Assembly (NCBI GenBank): GCA_951406725.2
Contig: OX597817.1
Span: 129,394,001-129,458,000, forward strand
Direction of reading: 5' to 3'
DNA from: Octopus vulgaris
Lineage: Eukaryota
DNA length: 64,000 nt
The notes below the pieces were generated by a model that did not search any database, had not been told where the DNA came from, and saw only the letters and a program-made list of their open reading frames with translations. How positions within the stretch are numbered: position 1 is the stretch's first letter; each line of letters begins with the position of its first letter. Positions 56,356 to 64,000 of this stretch are shown here, in pieces. The translations under genes were made by a program, and so were the position numbers.

Positions 56356-56651
56356 AATAAAATATTTTGAATAACACAACAATGCACTATAATACAAACC
56401 TGACGCACATCTCAGTAGGAATTCCGGAAGAGCTTCGTGAGACCACTGTTCAGACGCTTCTGAAAAAACAAAGAAAAGCCGTTGGAAAACCCATTATACC
56501 AGCGATTCCACCAATTCCTAGGGATATCTGAAGTAGGAATTTTATTCCGAAATATCATATCAGACTATGGATGATTAAATTACAACAGTTATTATAGTCC
56601 ATTGTCTGTATTATGGTGCATTGTTGTGTCATTCAAAATATTTTATTCTTT
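56352..56651. mobile_element. 300-bp element with ~48-bp inverted ends and a hammerhead-like motif (probably PLE-derived); copies at 58049-58348 and 63519-63818
   Basis: AAAGAATAAAATATTTTGAATAACACAACAATGCAC.. / ..GTGCATTGTTGTGTCATTCAAAATATTTTATTCTTT. Internal GATAT-CTGAAGTA-GGAAT-ttt-ATTCC-GAAA-TA-TC-ATATC. Confidence 0.6.
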
Positions 56652-56705
56652 ACAAACATTACACAATGCTTCAAGCGAGCTACAATACTCTCCTATATAT
56701 ATATG

Positions 56706-57477
56706 TACGAGGTGGTATCAAAAAGTTCCAGGACTAGTTCTGTAGCACGCTAACAAATGGCAGCATGTGGTTGAGTGCACGTTTACTTCGCAATTTGTGT
56801 TGTTGTGATCACGTGTATGCTGTAGTCAGCGATTTTGTCATGAATAGGAACCAAGAGGCAACGTGAGACAGTGTGCATGCTTCGGCAAGCTAACGCGACG
56901 AGTCAATGGGTCGTACATAATGTTTCGGGTAACAGGGGCGCTTCGAAAGCGCAAAAAAACGTCCATGGAGAAAGATGAGCGCTCTAGAAAACCTTTCACG
57001 AACGTCACCTCCGTAAATGTGGAGAAATTTCATCAGCTTATTTATGGGGATCGTCGGAGTATAATCGATGACATTGCTGATATCGCTAGTCGTAGTATGG
57101 GTCCGCGATGGCGAACCTAACGCCTGGAGTTTGTATGACGTTAGTTTCTCGCCAGATATAACATGCTATTGCTGCCACCCTCGCTCTATTCGCCAGATTC
57201 AGCACCTACGGAATTCCATCTCTTCCCCAAGATAAAAATAGAGCTCAAAGTCACCGTTTTAATACCGTTGTCGTGGTCAAGAGCGAATCACAGAAGGTCC
57301 TCGACCTGCTTACGGCAAATGATTTCCAGGTTAGATTCTAAAAATGGTAGGAACGCTCTGACCGGTGTACTGCTGCGCAAGGTGACTACTTTGAAGGAAA
57401 TTATATTAAAACTTAGGTAAATAAGTTATTTTCCATTAAACATAATTAGTCCCGGAACGCTTTCATACCAATTCGTA
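56706..57477 (+). mobile_element. Internally deleted mariner element
   Basis: TA-flanked TIRs TACGAGGTGGTATCAAAAAGTTCCAGGACTAGTT / AATTAGTCCCGGAACGCTTTCATACCAATTCGTA. YSPDSAPTEFHLFPKIK motif. Confidence 0.9.
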
Positions 57478-57731
57478 TACATACACAGACACACACGCAA
57501 ACACACACACATAAACGCGCGCACTCACACACACACTTATATAAGTGAAAAAATTATATATATATAAAATCATATATTTATATATAATTATATAAAGCGG
57601 TTGCGTAATCAAGTACCTGCACGCCTCGAGAACTTCGTTGCGTGGAAACAATTGTAGTGATTAAAAAATAAATGTCCAATGGTACTCCTTGTTGACTCCA
57701 ATTTTTTCAGTTATCTTTTTACACACAACAG

Positions 57732-57782
57732 AATCCTCCGAAAATCTTTCTGATAATCATGGAGATGATGACTCATCTGAAG
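57732..57782 (+). CDS. Microexon B2 (51 nt, identical to B1)
   Basis: Same splice sites and identical exon sequence. Confidence 0.7.
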
Positions 57783-57895
57783 GTAATGATTGTTAAATCT
57801 CGACATATTGCATTTCCTGCTAAACTAATATATTGTATTATATAGTTAGAAAAGGTTCGCAAACTGGCAGAACTGTATATATATATAGACACACA

Positions 57896-57949
<54 letters not shown>

Positions 57950-58018
57950 CACCAGGTGGTGCTATTAAGTTAGACATGGCCTGGGCCAATAATGGCCGAA
58001 ACCTATCTAAGTATCAAA

Positions 58019-58052
<34 letters not shown>

Positions 58053-58404
58053 AATAAAATATTTTGAATAACACAACAATCCATTATAATACAAACCTGA
58101 CGCACTTCTCATTAGGAATTCCGGAAGAGCTTCGTGAGACCACTGTTGAGAAGCTTCTGAAAAAACAAAGAAAAGCCGTTGGAAAACCCATTATACCAGC
58201 GATTCCATCAATTCCTAGGGATATCTGAAGTAGGAATTTTATTCCGAAATATCATATCAGACTATGGATGATTAAATTACAACAGTTATTATAGTCCATT
58301 GTCTGTATTATGGTGCATTGTTGTGTCATTCAAAATATTTTATTCTTTACAAACACTACACAATGCTTCAAGCGAACTACAATACTCTCCTATATATATA
58401 TATG

Positions 58405-59210
58405 TACGAGGTGGTATCAAAAAGTTCCAGGACTAGTTCTGTAGCACGCTAACAAATGGCAGCATGCGGTTGAGTGCACATTTACTTCGCGATTTGTGTT
58501 GTTGTGATCACGTGTATGCTGTAGTCAGCGATTTTGTCATGAATAGGAACCAAGAGGCAACGTGAGACAGTGTGCATGCTTCGGAAAGCTAACGGCGACG
58601 AGTTAATGTGTCGTACAGAATGTTTCGAGTAACACGGGCGCTTCAAAAGCGGAACAACGTCCATGGAGAATGATGAGCGCTCTAGAAAACCTCTCACGAA
58701 CGTCACCTCCAGAAATGTGGAGAAATTTCATCAGCTTGTTCATGAGGATCGTCGGTGTATAATCGATGACATTGCTGATATCGTTTGTCCGTAGTATGGG
58801 TCCGCGATGGCGAACCTAACGCCTGGAGATTTTACGACGACAATGCACCATCCCACCGAGCTCTCCTCACTCGTTAGTCTCTCGCCAGATATAACATGCT
58901 ATCGCTTCCACCCTCGCTCTATTCGCTAGATTCAGCACCTACGGACTTCCATCTCTTCCCCAAGATAAAAATAGAGCTCAAAGTCACCGTTTTAATACCG
59001 TTGTCGTGGTCAAGAGCGAATCACAGAAGGTCCTCGACCTGCTTACGGCAAACGATTTCCAGGTTAGATTCTAAAAATGGTAGGAACGCTCTGACCGGTG
59101 TATTGCTGCGCAAGGTGACTACTTTGAAGGAAATTATATTAAAACCTAGGTGAATAAGTTATTTTCCATTAAACATAATTAGTCCCGGAACGCTTTCATA
59201 CCAATTCGTA
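58405..59210 (+). mobile_element. Internally deleted mariner element (duplicated copy)
   Basis: Same TIRs. Retains the DDNAPSH segment deleted in the 56706 copy. Confidence 0.9.
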
Positions 59211-59464
59211 TACATACACGGACACACACGCAAACACACACACATAAACGCACGCGCTCACACACACACTTATATAAGTGAAAAAATTATATATATATAA
59301 AATCATATATTTATATATAATTATATAAAGCGGGTGCGTAATCAAGTACCTGCACGCCTCGAGAACTACGTTGCGTGGAAACAATTGTAGTGATTAAAAA
59401 ATAAATGTCCAATGGTACTCCTTGTTGACACCAATTTTTTCAGTTATCTTTTTACACACAACAG

Positions 59465-59515
59465 AATCCTCCGAAAATCTTTCTGATAATCATGGAGATG
59501 ATGACTCATCTGAAG
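59465..59515 (+). CDS. Microexon B3 (51 nt, identical to B1)
   Basis: Same splice sites and identical exon sequence. Confidence 0.7.
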
Positions 59516-59627
59516 GTAATGATTGTTAAATCTCGACATATTGCATTTCCTGCTAGATTATATATTGTATTATATAGTTAGAAAAGGTTCGCAAACTGGC
59601 AGAACTGTATATATATATAGACACGCA

Positions 59628-59766
<139 letters not shown>

Positions 59767-59990
59767 CAACGGCCTCGAACACACAAGTGCAAACAAGGGA
59801 GACAGAGAAAGGCAGAATGCCACTTATATCTGAACACTATACAAATATTTCTTTAAAAAATCTTTTCTTTTAATTTTTCTAAATTTAATTATTTAATCGT
59901 TACAGTTGAAAAGGTCTCAAAATGACCGAAACCGGTACTGAAATGTTCTTTATGAAATTATTTTGACTTGTTTTTTCATATATATATATG

Positions 59991-60080
<90 letters not shown>

Positions 60081-60429
60081 AACATTACTTTATATAATTA
60101 GGATTCAGCCCCAAAGAATTGCTTTACTAAATACCGAACTTTTAGAAATAGCAGCCAAAGAATTTAGCTATATCCTCTACTATAAGAAGAGTCTCCCAGA
60201 CAATGTATACTTAAAAACAATTCACATAGGGTAAGAAGGGAAAATAACGAAAGTTTATTCGAAATTAGATTATTTGTGAACGCGTTCCTGGGTTAGTTAG
60301 AATTATATAAAGTAACGTTTAAATTTACCGTAAATGGTCCTTTTATATACTGAACACTGCTTGGTAAAATTATTAATTACTAGTTATTTAAATAATTTTA
60401 CAGTTATTATTATTGACTAAATATTTATG

Positions 60430-60461
<32 letters not shown>

Positions 60462-60600
60462 TACATATATATATATATATAAAATATATATATATATATT
60501 ACATATAAATATTACATATATATATATATATTACATATATATATATATATTACATACATATATATATATTACATATATATATATATATTACATATATATA

Positions 60601-60728
<128 letters not shown>

Positions 60729-61398
60729 ATATTATATATTTATATATTATATATATATATATTATATATCTTACTTGTTTCAGTCATTAGCCTATGTGGC
60801 CAAGATGGGACACTGCTTTGATAAATTTTAGTGGGGTGAATCGAACCGACTGTTTTTTTTTTTCAGTGTGGCTCATATTCTATCAGAACTGTTCGCTGAA
60901 CTGCTAGGTTACATGGAAGTAAGCACACCAACGTCGGTAATCAAGCGGTTGTTAGAGACAAACAGACACACAGTAATACACATACATGTCAGGCTTCCTT
61001 TATTTCACTTTGCATATATCAAAATCTTGTCAATGAATCTGGGGCTATAGTAGACATAAAATATGTCCAACTTGCCACGCAGTGGGATCGAGTCCTGAAG
61101 CATGTGGTTGGGAGGAAAACTTCTTATCACACAGCCATGCCTCCTTATATATATACATATATATACATATATATATATATTTATATTTATGTGTGTGTGT
61201 GTGTAACTGACATCGTAACTCGTAACGATTTCAGGAGGGCGATTGGGATCACGTGGCTGAGAAAGGGGCGATCCAGAGAGGAGTGGTGAGCATGCTGTGA
61301 CCAGCCCTGTAAAATGGATGCCCGATGGACTGGTTGGTCAATGTGATCAATGTGATATATATGTACATGTATATATGATATGCATACCTATTTGTCTG

Positions 61399-61473
<75 letters not shown>

Positions 61474-61689
61474 CAGGGCTTAGTATATTGGTTTGGTATC
61501 TTGACATCAATAAGGATTTTAATTTAGATTAGGTCATCTCTTTCCCTTAAGACATGGGCAAATGATTTTATAACATTTGCAACTCTGAACTCTTCCAAAT
61601 TCTCTTCTCTAAGAATCACCATGTTAACACACTTGTAGAGCGATCTTACAATTGTAAGCACTGGCAGATATGTATATACAGTTCTATAT

Positions 61690-63040
61690 TTTAGAGATGA
61701 GGAATTATGTACATTATTTATATTTTACGGATATTTGTTCTCTTGTTTATTGTTAACACAACATTTCGGCTGATATACCCTCCACCTTCATCAGGTGTCT
61801 TGGGGAAATTTCGACCCTAGGTTCCTATTCCTAAGGTATTTTTTGATGTTGTTGGTTATTGTTGTTGTTGTTGTTATTATTATTATTATTATTATTCTTA
61901 TTCTTCTTATTATTATTGAGGTCACTACCTTGAATCCAACTCGGAATCTTGGGTTTAGTAGGCTGGGCTCTTAACCACTACGCCATATGCCCGTGGGCAT
62001 TTAGGGTGTGAATTTTAGGGCTTAGAAGGTTGTTGTGTCCTAGCATATGTGCTGCTTCCTTTAATTTTCGTATTTTCCAGTGGTGTTCTCTGTCTATTAT
62101 TTAAACTTCATCCTACAGAAGGAGTTGGTCTCCATTTTTCCATATATGATCAGCTATACTCGATTTATCAATATCTCCTCGTGTCATAACATTGCGTTGT
62201 TCCTCTACCCTTATATTGAGGGGCTGGTATGTTTCACCTTTGTATAGCCTACCAAAGCTACATGGGGTGGAGTACACGCATTTTTTGGTCATATTCTCTT
62301 CTATTGGTGGTTTTATTCGAAGGAGATTCAAGACATCCGTATATCGCAAGCCGAACTTCACCGGACGATACCTCAACTTCTATTCTCACCATCCATACAG
62401 TGTCTAGTGAGGGATTGCTCAGTACCTAAAATATCGAGCAAAGAATATATAAGTAGCGATAGTGATACCCACTACGAAGAAATGATGAAGCTCAGTAACA
62501 ATTTATTCAGCAACAATTACTCCAAAAATATACTATCCACTCAAATTATGAAGAAAAGAGAGGATGAAACCAATAAACTATCCAGTCTGACTACCCTATG
62601 TGAAAAGCCTCTCCGAAAAGATACAAAAGATATGCGGCCCATATGACATCAGGACAGAATTCAAGAGTATTACAACACTTCGCAAATATCTCCTTCGAGT
62701 AAAACCACCAATCGAAGAGAAGATGACCAGAGAACACCACTAGAAAATACGAAAACTAAAAGAAACAGGACATATGCTATGGCACAACAACCTCCTAAGC
62801 AGACCGAGTGCAGATATGAATAGCATAAGGGAACCGGTATTAAGGAAGGATAGGGAAATATTAGATATATAAGCCCTAAAGTTCACTCCATAATTGCCCG
62901 CGGGTATATGGCGTAGTGGTCAAAAGCGCAGGCTACTACCCCAGGATTCCGAGTTTAATTCCAGGTAATGACCTGAATAATAATAATAATAATAACAACA
63001 ACAACGAAAAATATCCTGGAGGGTATATCAGCCGAAAAAA
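61690..63040. mobile_element. Penelope-like element as two inverted partial copies
   Basis: Minus: CVYSTPCSFGRLYKGET..SIADHIW (GIY-YIG). Plus: FKTSVYRKPNFTGRYLNFYSHHP (RT thumb). 61920-62095 is inverted relative to 62728-62975. Confidence 0.85.
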
Positions 63041-63046
63041 ATAATG

Positions 63047-63103
<57 letters not shown>

Positions 63104-63275
63104 GTGTGTGTTTGTGTGTGTGTGTGTGTGTAAGTATATATATATATACATATATTTATATATCTACATGCACTCACACACACGCAAACACACACACACG
63201 CACACACACACATATTTATATCTGAATGGAGTTTTGTTCAACATACAGCCAAATATGTTTTTACATTTTATTCAG

Positions 63276-63341
63276 AGTCCTCTGAAAATCCTCATAGGAA
63301 TATGCACATGTTTAATAATAGAGATGATGACTCATCTGAAG
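63276..63341 (+). CDS. Microexon A' (66 nt, phase 1-1): (E)SSENPHRNMHMFNNRDDDSSE
   Basis: TTTTACATTTTATTCAG acceptor, GAAG|GTAATG donor, frame-preserving indels relative to exons A and B. Confidence 0.7.
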
Positions 63342-63467
63342 GTAATGATTGTTAAATCTCGACATATTGTATTTCCTGCTAAACTAATATATTGTATCAT
63401 ATAGTTAGAAAAGGTTCGCACACTGGCAGAACTGTATATGTATAGACACATGCAATATATCTATCTA

Positions 63468-63524
<57 letters not shown>

Positions 63525-63871
63525 AAATATTTTGAATAACACAACAATGCACTATAATACGAACCTGACGCACTTCTCATTTGGAATTCCGGAAGAGCTT
63601 CGTCAGACCGCTGTTCAGACGCTTCTGAAAAAAACAAAGAAACGCCGTTGGAAAACCCATTATACCACCGATTCCATCAATTCCTAGGGATATCTGAAGT
63701 AGGAATTTTATTCCGAAATATCATATCAGACTATGGATGATTAAATTACAACAGTTATTATAGTAAATTGTCTGTATTATGGTGCATTGTTGTGTCATTC
63801 AAAATATTTTATTCTTTATAAACATTACACAATGCTTCAAGCGAGCTACAATACTCTCCTATATATATATG

Positions 63872-64000
63872 TACGAGGTGGTATAAAAAAGTTCCAGGAC
63901 TAGTTCTGTAGCACGCTAACAAATGACAGCATGCGGTTGAGTGCACGTTTACTTCGCAATTTGTGTTGTTGTTATCACGTGTATGCTGTAGTCATCGATT
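63872..64000 (+). mobile_element. Mariner 5' end (further duplicated copy, runs off the window)
   Basis: Near-identical to 56706-56835. Confidence 0.85.

Noticed and set aside
62902-62973. Functional tRNA gene (also SINE heads at ~1450-1520 and ~46586)
   Set aside because: A/B boxes are present but there is no clean cloverleaf; embedded in retroelements.

Overview
Repeat-dense eukaryotic (animal) genomic DNA, most likely an octopus. This is inferred from the abundant tRNA-derived SINEs resembling the octopus OK/OR families and the extreme density of (TACA)n, (TA)n, (GATA)n and (CA)n. Nearly all supplied ORFs are microsatellite artefacts. Recognisable elements include a near full-length degenerate RTE LINE (minus, ~19.4-23.3 kb), a young 5'-truncated CR1-type LINE (37.1-38.9 kb), and R4/Dong-like, Tc1, mariner, Tigger/pogo, Helitron, Gypsy and Penelope-like (PLE) remnants. 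There is one 100-N gap. Two signals are not visible in the ORF track. First, a plus-strand array of five homologous symmetric phase-1 microexons (52.4-63.3 kb) splices into an acidic Ser/Asp/Glu/His-rich repeat protein, with an SEESSE motif (SSEESSE at three of four junctions) rebuilt across every junction; the array is expanding by tandem duplication of exon plus TE-filled intron. Second, about a dozen hammerhead-ribozyme-like motifs lie in probable PLE termini, one of them textbook-intact. All calls are from reading the sequence by eye, and element boundaries are approximate unless stated.
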